Part shown: piece by piece, positions 36,788 to 46,201 of the stretch | Numbering within the stretch: the stretch's first letter is position 1 | How the letters are laid out: every line of letters begins with the position of its first letter | NCBI GenBank assembly: GCA_035456405.1 | Contig: DATIDG010000084.1 | Span: 34,321 to 98,320 of the forward strand | Direction of reading: 5' to 3' | DNA length: 64,000 nt | DNA from: Burkholderiales bacterium | GTDB taxonomy: Bacteria > Pseudomonadota > Gammaproteobacteria > Burkholderiales > SG8-39 | Notes under the pieces: model-generated | The model's database searches: none | The model's input: the letters and a program-made list of their open reading frames with translations, nothing else | Told to the model about the DNA's origin: nothing | Translations under genes and position numbers: made by a program

Positions 36788-38299
36788 ATGTCGACGCACG
36801 CCGATCCGGTAAGCGAGTCCTCCGGCGAGGGCACCCTCCAGGCGCAGCCCGGGAAGATCGTCTGCAACGCCTGCCCGGTGCTGTGCCAGATCAGCGAAGG
36901 GCGCGCCGGCGCGTGCGACCGCTACGCGAACGTGCGGGGAACGTTGACGCGCGTCGATCCGTTGCTCCTCATGGCGCGGACGCTGGACGAGCACGGCGCG
37001 GTCGTGCCGTTCCACGACGGGGGCCTGTGGGACGGAAGCGTGACCGCGAAGGCGCCGGTGTTCGTGAGCGGCGTCGGGTCGGGCACGACCTACCCGGACT
37101 ACAAGCCGGCGCCGTTCATCGTGTCCTCGCAGCAGGCGGGCGTCGACATGGTGACCGTCGTCACCGAGGGCATATTCAGCTACTGCAGCTTCAAGGTGAA
37201 GATCGACACCGACCGCTACCTCGGCCCGGAATGCGCGCCAGTGCGCTGCCAGGGCGAAGTGGTCGGGCACGTCACCACCATGGAGTACGGCTCGCAGATG
37301 CTGTCGCTCGGCGGGGTGCACCACCTCACCGGCGGCAGCAAGAAGGAGGGCCGCGTCACATGCGACGTGATGATGGCGCTCGGCAACCGCCGGCCGGTCG
37401 ACATGCAGATCGAGGGCGGCGCGCAGCTCGTCGTGCAGGCGGGGAAGGCGCCGGTCATCAATGGCGCCGAGGAGAAGCGCATGCGCGTCGGCTGCGGCTC
37501 GGCGACGATCGGCATCTTCGCCCGGCAGTGGCTCGGCCACGTCGACGAGGTGATCGTCGTCGACGACCACATCACCGGCGTGCTGTCGGAGCATCAGGCC
37601 GGTCGCTTCCTCGATATGCGGCCCGGCGGGATCAAGGTGATCGGGCGCAAGTCGACGCCGGGGCGCTACTTCCAGGTCGCGAATCCGGGTCTCGGGTGGG
37701 GTGGAACGGACATCACCGATCCGCTGAGGATCATCAAGGCCATCGACCGTGGCGAGGCGTGGCCGGGGGAGCGCATCCTCATGGTCTCGACGACCGGCGA
37801 GGACCATGCGTACTTCGTGCTGGACGACGAGCTGCGCATGGTGCCGGCGGAGATCCCGGCGCCGGTGATGAAGGTCGTCGAGCGCATCGGCGAGAACTGC
37901 GAGCCGGCCCTGTGCACCGTCCTGTTCCTGGGCGGGGCGGGCGGGAGCCTGCGCGCCGGCGTGACCGAGAATCCGATCGCGCTGACCCGGTCGATCAAGG
38001 ATCTCGTCACGCGGGTGACCTGCGGGGGAGCGCCGGCCTACATCTGGCCCGGCGGCGGCATCATGGTGATGGCGGATGTCATGCGCATGCCGGAAAACTC
38101 GTTCGGCTGGGTGCCTACCCCCGCGATCGTCGCGCCGATCGAGTTCACGATGCGCCGCGCTGATTATGCGGCGCTCGGCGGGCACATGGACCGGCTGCAG
38201 CCCCTCGCCGAGATTCTCGCGCGCGAGCGGCACCACGTAGCAGCTTGGGACGCTGCCAACCCGTGGCCGCTGAATGGGCCCGACCCGCGCACGCCTTGA
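36788..38299 (+). CDS. hnr: 6-Hydroxynicotinate reductase-like Fe-S flavoprotein
   Basis: N-terminal CNACPVLC...CDRY, GSGTTYPDYKPAPFIV, VVTEGIFSYC, MRVGCGSATIG and VAPIEFTM, as recalled for this family. Confidence 0.8.
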   Translation: MSTHADPVSESSGEGTLQAQPGKIVCNACPVLCQISEGRAGACDRYANVRGTLTRVDPLLLMARTLDEHGAVVPFHDGGLWDGSVTAKAPVFVSGVGSGTTYPDYKPAPFIVSSQQAGVDMVTVVTEGIFSYCSFKVKIDTDRYLGPECAPVRCQGEVVGHVTTMEYGSQMLSLGGVHHLTGGSKKEGRVTCDVMMALGNRRPVDMQIEGGAQLVVQAGKAPVINGAEEKRMRVGCGSATIGIFARQWLGHVDEVIVVDDHITGVLSEHQAGRFLDMRPGGIKVIGRKSTPGRYFQVANPGLGWGGTDITDPLRIIKAIDRGEAWPGERILMVSTTGEDHAYFVLDDELRMVPAEIPAPVMKVVERIGENCEPALCTVLFLGGAGGSLRAGVTENPIALTRSIKDLVTRVTCGGAPAYIWPGGGIMVMADVMRMPENSFGWVPTPAIVAPIEFTMRRADYAALGGHMDRLQPLAEILARERHHVAAWDAANPWPLNGPDPRTP

Positions 38300-39143
38300 C
38301 GCGCGCCGCTGGCACTTCCAGCACGGGCCGATCGACCTGGTGCTCGAGGCGTTCGGCGACGAGAAGGCGGTTGCGGCAGCACACGAGCGTGCGTGGAGTC
38401 GATTTGGGACGGTACTGGACGAGTTGGTCGCCGAGCTTCCGGCATTGCGGGGCGAGGTCGCGCGCGCAGGTGACCTCAAGGGCATCGTGGCGCGGCGCAT
38501 GGTCGCAGCGTGCCTGCCGTTTGGCGACGTGTTCATCACGCCGATGGCCGCAGTGGCCGGAGCGGTGGCCGAGGAGATCCTGGGTGAGCTCGTCGCGGAG
38601 GGCGGCGTCAGCCGCGCTTATGTGAACAATGGGGGCGACATCGCGCTACACCTCGGGCCAGGCGAGTCGTTCCGGATCGGGCTGGTCGCGGACGTTGACC
38701 GGGCGACGCGCCACGGCCATCGCGTCGCGGTGGACGGCACCTTCGAATTGCGGCACACGATGCCGGTGCGCGGCGTGGCGACGAGCGGCTGGCGCGGGCG
38801 GAGCTGGAGTCGCGGGATCGCCGACAGCGTGACGGTTCTGGCTGCGACCGCCGCGGCGGCCGACGCCGCGGCGACGATGGTCGCGAATGACGTGAACGTC
38901 GACCACCCGGCGGTCCGGCGGCGGCCCGCATTCGAGGTGGACGACAACACGGACCTGGGGCGCCTGGCGGTGACCGTGGACGTCGGGACATTGCCGGACG
39001 ACGCGGTCGAGGCGGCGCTGGCGGGCGGCGCGCGGTGCGCCGAGGCGCTGCTCGCGCGCGGCCTCGTCTGGGGCGCTGTGATCGTGTTGCAATCGCGCGT
39101 GCGCGTCGTCGGCGGGGTCGCGGCGGCGGCGCGGCTGCACTAG
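38274..39143 (+). CDS. UPF0280-family protein (ApbE superfamily)
   Basis: HFQHGPIDL, ITPMAAVAGAVA, NNGGDIA and ATSGWRGRSWSRGIADSVTV. Confidence 0.82.
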   Translation: MGPTRARLDARRWHFQHGPIDLVLEAFGDEKAVAAAHERAWSRFGTVLDELVAELPALRGEVARAGDLKGIVARRMVAACLPFGDVFITPMAAVAGAVAEEILGELVAEGGVSRAYVNNGGDIALHLGPGESFRIGLVADVDRATRHGHRVAVDGTFELRHTMPVRGVATSGWRGRSWSRGIADSVTVLAATAAAADAAATMVANDVNVDHPAVRRRPAFEVDDNTDLGRLAVTVDVGTLPDDAVEAALAGGARCAEALLARGLVWGAVIVLQSRVRVVGGVAAAARLH

Positions 39144-39152
39144 GAGAACGCG

Positions 39153-39180
39153 GCAAGACCTCGGCTCGCCAAGGTCTTGC
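39153..39180. repeat. Hairpin/inverted repeat GCAAGACCT...AGGTCTTGC between the UPF0280 gene and the ABC operon
   Basis: Perfect 9-bp stem with further pairing; no U-tract. Confidence 0.5.
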
Positions 39181-39307
39181 ATCGGGACTGGGGATTCGCA
39201 AATCGGGGTGTGGCCCCTTCTTGCAGCGTTCTCCGGTGGGCGGACACGGGCCCGCGCAGTAGGTATAGTGCGGCCCTCGGGCGGCATCGACACGAAGAGG
39301 AGGGAAC

Positions 39308-40516
39308 ATGACGGTGCGTAGGCGACTGCTGATCGGCGCGGCGCTTCTGGCGCTCGGGGCGAGCGTGCCCGGCCCGGCGACGGCGCAAGGCGCGATCAAG
39401 CTCGGGGAAATGAACAGCTACAAGACCTTCCCGGCGTTCTTGGAGCCCTATCGCAAGGGCTGGGAGCTCGCGGTCGAGGAGGTCAACGCCGCGGGCGGCG
39501 TGTTCGGCCGCAAGCTCGAGATCGTCTCGCGCGACGACAACGGCAACCCGGGCGAGGCGGTGCGCATCGCCGAGGAGCTGCTCACGCGCGAGAACGTGCA
39601 CTTCATCATGGGCACGTTCGCGTCGAACGTCGGGCTGGCGGTGGCCGACTTCGCGAAGCAGAAGAAGGTGCTCTTCATAGCCGCCGAGCCGCTGACTGAC
39701 AAGATCGTCTGGGACAACGGCAACAAGTACACCTTCCGCCTGCGCCCCTCCACCTACATGCAGACCGCGATGCTCGTGCCCGACGCGGCGAAGCTCAAGA
39801 AGAGGCGCTGGGCGATCGTCTACCCGAACTACGAGTACGGCCAGTCCGCGACGCGCGCCTTCAAGGAGCTGCTGAAGAAGGCGCAACCCGACGTGGAGTT
39901 CGTGATCGAGCAGGCGGTGCCGCTCGGCAAGATCGACGCCGGGGCCGTGGTGCAGGCAATCGCCGACGCGAAACCCGATGCGATCTTCTCGTCGCTGTTC
40001 GGCGCGGACCTGACGCGCTTCGTGCGCGAGGGCAACACGCGAGGCCTGTTCAAGGGGCGCGAGGTGTTCAACCTGCTCGCGGGCGAGCCCGAGTACCTCG
40101 ATCCGCTCAAGGACGAGACCCCCAACGGCTGGTACGTGACCGGCTATCCCTGGAATGCGATCACCTCGCCCGAGCACAAGAAATTCCTCGCTGCCTACCA
40201 GAAGCGCTGGAACGACTATCCGCGCCTCGGCTCGATCGTGGGGTACTCGACCGTCATGACCGCGGTCGCCGCGATGAAGAAAGCGGGCAGCCTCGACAGC
40301 GAGAAGCTCGTCGCGGCGATGAAGGGGCTGCAGGTCGAAACCCCGTTCGGGCAGATCACCTACCGGCCGCTCGACCATCAGTCGACGATGGGCGCGTACG
40401 TCGGCAGGATCGGGCTGAAGGACGGCAGGGGCGTGATGACCTCCTGGTCGTATGCCGACGGCGCCAAGTTCCTGCCGCCGGACGCCGACGTGAAGAAGAT
40501 GCGTCCTTCCGAGTGA
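39308..40516 (+). CDS. ABC transporter substrate-binding protein (LivJ/UrtA-type)
   Basis: Signal peptide, LAVEEVNAAGGVFGRKLEIVSRDD, YTFRLRPS and YRPLDHQ. Confidence 0.9.
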   Translation: MTVRRRLLIGAALLALGASVPGPATAQGAIKLGEMNSYKTFPAFLEPYRKGWELAVEEVNAAGGVFGRKLEIVSRDDNGNPGEAVRIAEELLTRENVHFIMGTFASNVGLAVADFAKQKKVLFIAAEPLTDKIVWDNGNKYTFRLRPSTYMQTAMLVPDAAKLKKRRWAIVYPNYEYGQSATRAFKELLKKAQPDVEFVIEQAVPLGKIDAGAVVQAIADAKPDAIFSSLFGADLTRFVREGNTRGLFKGREVFNLLAGEPEYLDPLKDETPNGWYVTGYPWNAITSPEHKKFLAAYQKRWNDYPRLGSIVGYSTVMTAVAAMKKAGSLDSEKLVAAMKGLQVETPFGQITYRPLDHQSTMGAYVGRIGLKDGRGVMTSWSYADGAKFLPPDADVKKMRPSE

Positions 40517-40533
40517 TAACCGTGCGACGTAAC

Positions 40534-40801
40534 GTCGCGAGGCAGCGCAGCTGGACGAGCGCGGGCACCATGCGACAACGGCTGACCCCGTATGTCCTCG
40601 CGATGTCGCCTGCCGAAAGGCGCCGTTCCGTGCCGCACCCGTGATCCAAAGGCGTCGCCATTGAAGGGACAGGGCAGCCTGTCCCTTTTTCATTATCGAA
40701 GCTCCGATCAGGTCCTTCCGACGGATGCCGGACCAGGTGCGCGCCGACGTAAATCGCCACCTCATGTTGTCCACGCTCGTCCAGTTGCGCTGACTCGCGA
40801 C
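40534..40801. repeat. About 270-bp degenerate palindrome (39-bp imperfect terminal inverted repeats); MITE/REPIN-like
   Basis: 40534-40572 matches the reverse complement of 40763-40801 at 34/39 positions; perfect hairpin near the centre. Confidence 0.75.
40664..40690 (+). terminator. Terminator-like hairpin AAGGGACAGG-GCAG-CCTGTCCCTT-TTT
   Basis: Perfect 10-bp stem plus T-run, between the SBP and permease genes. Confidence 0.6.
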
Positions 40802-40831
40802 ACCCCGTGGCCATAAATCAGGCCTTTCCCA

Positions 40832-42715
40832 ATGTTCGCGTCCTTCTTCATCCAGTTCCTGAACGGGCTGGCAAGCGCGTCCACGCTGTTCCTGATCGCG
40901 GTCGGCTTGTCGCTGATCTTCGGCGTGACGCGGATCGTCAACTTCGCGCACGGGTCGCTCTACATGCTCGGGCTGTACGTCGCGTACAGCCTGATCGAGA
41001 AGCTCGGCGTTACGCCGCTCGGGTTCTGGGGCGGCGTGCTCGGTGCGGCTCTGGCGGTCGCATTCGCCGGCGCGCTGATCGAGATGCTGATCCTCCGGCG
41101 CATCTACCACGCGCCGGAGCTCTTCCAGCTGCTCGCCACGTTCGCGCTGACGCTCGTCATTAAGGACGCCGTGCTGCGGGCGTGGGGCGCCGAGGACCTG
41201 CTCGGGCCGCGCGCGCCGGGGCTGCGCGGATCGGTCGAGATCTTCGGCAAGCCGTTTCCCGAGTACGACCTCGCGCTGATCGCGATCGGGCCGCTGGTGC
41301 TGGGCGCGCTCTGGCTGCTGCTCAACCGCACGCGCTGGGGCACGCTGGTGCGCGCAGCGACGCAGGACCGCGAGATGGTCGGCGCGCTGGGCGTGAACCA
41401 GAAGTGGCTCTTCACCGGCGTCTTCGCGCTCGGCGCCTTTCTCGCCGGACTGGGCGGCGCGCTGCAGGTCCCGCGCGAGCCGGCGCAGCTCTTCCTCGAT
41501 CTGACGGCGATTTCCGATGCCTTCGTGGTGGTCGTGGTCGGCGGGCTCGGCAGCATTCCCGGCGCATTCCTCGCCGCGCTGCTTATCGGACTGATCAAGG
41601 CCTTCTGCATCGGGCTGGGCACCGTGGAGGCGTTCGGCACGACCTTCTCGTTCTCGAAGCTCACGCTCGTGGTCGAGTTCATCGTCATGGCGATCGTGCT
41701 GATCCTGCGGCCACAGGGGCTGCTCGGCCGGCCGCAGGGTGCGCAGCGCGCCGCCGCGGAGTTCGTCGAACAGCCGATCCGGCCGGCGGGTGCGGCGTAC
41801 AGGGCGGGCGCGATCGTCGCAATCGCCGCGCTCGCCGCGCTGCCGCTCGCCACCACGGGCTACACGCTCGTGCTGATGATCGACATCCTGGTGTTCGCCC
41901 TCTTTGCGGCGAGCCTGCACTTCCTCATGGGGCCGGCCGGGATGGTGTCGTTCGGACACGCCGCGTACCTCGGCCTCGGCGCCTATGGCGCAGGGCTGCT
42001 ACTGAAGGCGGCCGGCTGGCCGATGGAGGCGGCGCTCCTTGCCGCACCGGCAGTCGCCGCGATCGGCGCAGTTCTGTTCGGGTGGTTCTGCGTGCGCCTC
42101 TCCGGCGTATACCTCGCCATGCTGACGCTCGCCTTCGCGCAGATCGCGTGGTCGATCGTGTTCCAGTGGGACGGGTTCACGGGCGGCTCGAACGGAATCG
42201 TCGGCGTGTGGCCCGCGCCGTGGCTCGCGCCTAAGCCGGCGTACTACATCCTCACCTTCGTGCTCTGCGCGGGTGCGATTTTGTGCCTCCGGCGCATGCT
42301 GTTCGCGCCGTTCGGCTATGCGCTGCGCGCCGGCCGCGATTCGCCGCTCAGGGCGGACGCGATCGGCATCGACGTCCGGCGGTTGCAGTGGGCCGGGTTC
42401 GTCGTCGCGGGCGCGTTCGCGGGCCTCGCGGGCGGTCTGTTCGCCTTCTCAAAGGGGAGCATCTCGCCCGACTCGACGATGGCGGTGTCGCGCTCGATCG
42501 ACGCCCTCGTGATGGTGCTGCTCGGCGGCGTGCAGACGCTCAGCGGCCCGGTCGTGGGCGCGGCGCTCTTCACCTGGCTGCAGGACACGATCGCGCGCGG
42601 CACGGACTATTGGCGCGCGGTGCTCGGGTTCGCGATCCTCGTGCTCGTCCTGGCGTTTCCCCGTGGCATCGTGGGCGGGCTGCGCGCATTGCTCGCCGGA
42701 AGGGACCCGGAATGA
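40832..42715 (+). CDS. ABC transporter fused permease (LivH-LivM)
   Basis: GLSLIFGVTRIVNFAHG (LivH-like) and GMVSFGHAAY...YLAMLTLAFAQ (LivM-like). Confidence 0.9.
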   Translation: MFASFFIQFLNGLASASTLFLIAVGLSLIFGVTRIVNFAHGSLYMLGLYVAYSLIEKLGVTPLGFWGGVLGAALAVAFAGALIEMLILRRIYHAPELFQLLATFALTLVIKDAVLRAWGAEDLLGPRAPGLRGSVEIFGKPFPEYDLALIAIGPLVLGALWLLLNRTRWGTLVRAATQDREMVGALGVNQKWLFTGVFALGAFLAGLGGALQVPREPAQLFLDLTAISDAFVVVVVGGLGSIPGAFLAALLIGLIKAFCIGLGTVEAFGTTFSFSKLTLVVEFIVMAIVLILRPQGLLGRPQGAQRAAAEFVEQPIRPAGAAYRAGAIVAIAALAALPLATTGYTLVLMIDILVFALFAASLHFLMGPAGMVSFGHAAYLGLGAYGAGLLLKAAGWPMEAALLAAPAVAAIGAVLFGWFCVRLSGVYLAMLTLAFAQIAWSIVFQWDGFTGGSNGIVGVWPAPWLAPKPAYYILTFVLCAGAILCLRRMLFAPFGYALRAGRDSPLRADAIGIDVRRLQWAGFVVAGAFAGLAGGLFAFSKGSISPDSTMAVSRSIDALVMVLLGGVQTLSGPVVGAALFTWLQDTIARGTDYWRAVLGFAILVLVLAFPRGIVGGLRALLAGRDPE

Positions 42716-43464
42716 CCGCCGTCCTGGCCGTCGCGCATCTGGCGAAGTCGTTCGGCGGCGTGCACGCCGTGCGCGACGTCGGTTTCGAGGTCGCGGCGGG
42801 CGAGCTGCTCGCCCTGATCGGCCCCAACGGCGCCGGAAAGACGACGTGCTTCAACATGTTGAACGGCCAGCTGCCGGCCGACGCCGGGAGCGTCCGCTTC
42901 GAGGGGCGTGAGGTCCTCGGCCTGCGGCCGCGCGAGGTGTGGCGGCTCGGCGTCGGGCGGACGTTCCAGATCACCGCGACCTTCGCCTCGATGACGGTGC
43001 GCGAGAACGTGCAGATGGCGCTGCTCGCGCACCACCGCCGCCTGCGCGAGTGGTGGCGCCCCGCCGCGAGCCTTTACCGCGACGAGGCCGATCGCCTGCT
43101 CGCCCGCGTCGGGATGAACGAGCAGGCCGAGCGCGCGTGCTCGGTGCTCGCGTACGGCGATCTCAAACGCGTCGAGCTCGCGGTGGCCCTCGCGAACGAG
43201 CCGCGGCTGCTGCTGATGGACGAGCCGACCGCGGGCATGGCGCCGAAGGAGCGTATCGCGCTGATGGCGCTGACCGCCGAGATCGTGCGCGAGCGCCGCA
43301 TTGCGGTGCTTTTCACCGAGCACGACATGGACGTCGTGTTCGCTCACGCCGACCGCATCATCGTACTCAACCGCGGGCGGCTCATCGCCGCGGGCAAGCC
43401 GGCGGAGGTCCGGGCGAGCGCCGAGGTGCAGCAGGTGTACCTCGGTTCGCGCGGGGGGCACTGA
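42712..43464 (+). CDS. ABC transporter ATP-binding protein (LivG-like)
   Basis: GPNGAGKTT, LLLMDEP and TEHDM. Confidence 0.92.
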   Translation: MTAVLAVAHLAKSFGGVHAVRDVGFEVAAGELLALIGPNGAGKTTCFNMLNGQLPADAGSVRFEGREVLGLRPREVWRLGVGRTFQITATFASMTVRENVQMALLAHHRRLREWWRPAASLYRDEADRLLARVGMNEQAERACSVLAYGDLKRVELAVALANEPRLLLMDEPTAGMAPKERIALMALTAEIVRERRIAVLFTEHDMDVVFAHADRIIVLNRGRLIAAGKPAEVRASAEVQQVYLGSRGGH

Positions 43465-44165
43465 TGCTGGCGGTTCGCAATCTCGACACCTACTACGGCC
43501 GGGCGCACATCCTGGCCGATCTGTCGATCGAGGTCGCCAAGGGCGAGGTGGTCGTGCTGCTCGGCCGCAATGGCGCCGGCAAGTCGACGACGCTGAAGAG
43601 CATCATGGGCCTGGTGCGCCCCGCACGTGGGGAGGTCACCTTCGCAGGGAAGCGCATCGATCGCCTCGATCCCTACGAGATCGCGGAGCTCGGCCTCGGC
43701 TACGTCCCCGAGGACCGGCGCATCTTCACCGACCTGACGGTGATGGAGAACCTCGAGGTCGGTCGGCAGGCGCCGCGCGCCGGGGCGCCGACCTGGACGT
43801 CGGAGCGCCTCTTCAGGCTGTTTCCGAATCTCGCCGAAATGACCGACCGTCCCGGCGGCCGCACGTCCGGCGGCGAGCAGCAGATGTTGACGATCGCGCG
43901 CACGCTGATGGGCAATCCGTCGTGCATCCTGCTCGACGAGCCCTCCGAGGGCCTCGCGCCGGTGATCATCGACCAGATGGCTGCGGCGATCCGCGAGTTG
44001 AAGGCCGAAGGGCTGTCGGTGCTGCTGTCGGAGCAGAACCTGCACTTCGCGACCGAGGTGTCGGACCGCGCGTATATCATCGAGAAGGGCCATATCCGCT
44101 TCTCGGGCACGATGGCGGAGTTGGCCGCGAACGAGGACGTGCGGACGCAGTATCTGGCGGTATGA
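43464..44165 (+). CDS. ABC transporter ATP-binding protein (LivF-like)
   Basis: GRNGAGKST, SGGEQQML and LLDEPSEGLAP. Confidence 0.92.
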   Translation: MLAVRNLDTYYGRAHILADLSIEVAKGEVVVLLGRNGAGKSTTLKSIMGLVRPARGEVTFAGKRIDRLDPYEIAELGLGYVPEDRRIFTDLTVMENLEVGRQAPRAGAPTWTSERLFRLFPNLAEMTDRPGGRTSGGEQQMLTIARTLMGNPSCILLDEPSEGLAPVIIDQMAAAIRELKAEGLSVLLSEQNLHFATEVSDRAYIIEKGHIRFSGTMAELAANEDVRTQYLAV

Positions 44166-46192
44166 CCCGGATTGCAGGCATCGACGTCGGCGGCACCTTC
44201 ACCGATCTCGTCCTCGTCGACGAGGCGACCGGCGAGGTGCGCCTCGCGAAGGTCCCGACCACTGCCGACAATCAAGCCTTCGGCGTGCTCGTGGCGCTGG
44301 AAAGGACCGGCATCGGCCTCGCGCAGGTGAGCACGATCGTGCACGGCACGACGACGACGACGAACGCGATGCTCGAGCGCAAGATCGCCCGGGTCGGCCT
44401 GATCACGACGCGCGGTTTCCGCGACGTCCTCGAACTCGGGCGACGGACGCGTCCGCGGCCCTACGGCCTGACGGGGAGCTTCCGCCCCCTGGTCGAGCGC
44501 GAGCTGCGCCTCGAGGTCGACGAGCGCATGGACGCGGACGGCGCGGTGGTCCGCCCGCTCGACGAGGCTGCCGTGGAGCAGGCCGCACGGCGGCTCCTCG
44601 AGCTCGGGGCCGACTCGGTCGTCATCCACTTCCTGCACAGCTATATCAACCCGGCGCACGAGAGCCGCGCCGCCGAGATCGTGCGGCGGCTGTGGCCGAA
44701 CGGCCACGTCACGGTCGGCCATGCGATCCTGTCCGAGTACAGGGAGTACGAGCGCGGCGTCACCGCGACCGTGAACGCCGCGATCCAGCCGGTGCTGCAT
44801 CGCTATCTCGAGCGGCTCCAGAACGAGCTCTCGAAACGCGGCTTCGGCGCCGAGCTGCTGGTCATGCAGGGCAACGGCGGAACCGTCGCTGCCGGCATCG
44901 CTGCCGAAGCCGCGGTGAACACCGTGATGTCGGGTCCGGCCTCCGGCGTCATCGCGTCGGTGTATACCGCCACGCGGTCAGGGATGCCGAACGTTATCAC
45001 CTACGACATGGGCGGGACTTCGACCGACGTCGCTTTGATCCAGAACGGCCGGCCCGAAGTGTCGACCGAGCTCGAGCTCGAGTACGCGCTGCCGATCCAC
45101 GTGCCGATGGTGGACGTGCACACGATCGGGGCCGGCGGCGGCTCCATCGCGCGCATCAACGAGGCCGGGATGCTGCAGGTCGGCCCGGAGAGCGCTGGCG
45201 CCGCGCCCGGGCCGATCTGCTACGGCCGCGGCGGCGAGCGCGTGACGATCACCGACGCGAACCTCGCGCTCGGCCGCCTGAATCCGAAGGGACTGCTCGC
45301 GGTCGAGCGTCCGGTGCCGATGGACCGCCTGCGCGACATGATCGAGAGCCAGGTCGGCAAGCCGCTCGGGCTCGGCGCCGACGAGGCCGCCGCGGCGGTG
45401 ATCCGCATCGCGAACGACCGCATGGCAGGCGCGATCCGGATGGTGAGCCTCGCGCGCGGCCACGACCCGCGCGACTTCGCCCTGATCGCGTTCGGCGGCG
45501 CGGGCCCCCTCCACGCAGTCGCGCTCGCGCGCGAGCTCGCGATCCCGAAAGTGCTCATCCCCGCCCGGCCGGGCCTCACCAACGCGCTCGGTTGCGCAGT
45601 GGCCGACGTGCGCCACGACTTCGTGCGCACCGTGAACCGCCCGCTGCCGGAAGTCGCCGACGACCTGGTGCGCCGCGTCCTCGACGAGCAGATCGCCGAA
45701 GGGCGAGTGACCTTCGAGCGCGAGCGGGTCGGCGTCGAGCGCATCGACTTCGTGCATCGCGCCGACATGCAGTTCCAGGGGCAGAGCCACATCCTCACCG
45801 TCGCGCTGCCGGCGCGCGACGTTCCCCGCGATGGGCTCCATCGCCTTTTCGAGGCGGCCTACTGGCAGCGGTTCCAGGTGGAGCTGAAGGAGATCCGGCC
45901 GGTGCTCGTGAACCTGCACACGGCCGCGATCGGGCGGCGCCGCCCGGTGTCGCTCGAGGCGGTCGCGCATGGCGAGCCGCGCGCCGGGTTGCGCGACGCC
46001 GAGGTCGAACGCCGCAGGGTGTGGTTCGACGTGGGCTGGCTCGAGACGCCGGTGTATCGCCGCGAGTGGCTGCCGGAGGAGGCGACGTTCGAGGGGCCGG
46101 CGGTGATCGAGCAGCTCGACTGCACGACGCTCATCGAGCCGGGCTGCCGCGTCGCCCGGGACCGGCTCGGGAATCTCGTGGTGACCGTCTAG
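44162..46192 (+). CDS. Hydantoinase A / oxoprolinase family, ATP-binding subunit
   Basis: GIDVGGTFTD, HGTT, SGPASG, DMGGTSTD, IGAGGGSIA and FGGAGPLH. Confidence 0.92.
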   Translation: MTRIAGIDVGGTFTDLVLVDEATGEVRLAKVPTTADNQAFGVLVALERTGIGLAQVSTIVHGTTTTTNAMLERKIARVGLITTRGFRDVLELGRRTRPRPYGLTGSFRPLVERELRLEVDERMDADGAVVRPLDEAAVEQAARRLLELGADSVVIHFLHSYINPAHESRAAEIVRRLWPNGHVTVGHAILSEYREYERGVTATVNAAIQPVLHRYLERLQNELSKRGFGAELLVMQGNGGTVAAGIAAEAAVNTVMSGPASGVIASVYTATRSGMPNVITYDMGGTSTDVALIQNGRPEVSTELELEYALPIHVPMVDVHTIGAGGGSIARINEAGMLQVGPESAGAAPGPICYGRGGERVTITDANLALGRLNPKGLLAVERPVPMDRLRDMIESQVGKPLGLGADEAAAAVIRIANDRMAGAIRMVSLARGHDPRDFALIAFGGAGPLHAVALARELAIPKVLIPARPGLTNALGCAVADVRHDFVRTVNRPLPEVADDLVRRVLDEQIAEGRVTFERERVGVERIDFVHRADMQFQGQSHILTVALPARDVPRDGLHRLFEAAYWQRFQVELKEIRPVLVNLHTAAIGRRRPVSLEAVAHGEPRAGLRDAEVERRRVWFDVGWLETPVYRREWLPEEATFEGPAVIEQLDCTTLIEPGCRVARDRLGNLVVTV

Positions 46193-46201
46193 AATCCCGT
46201 C

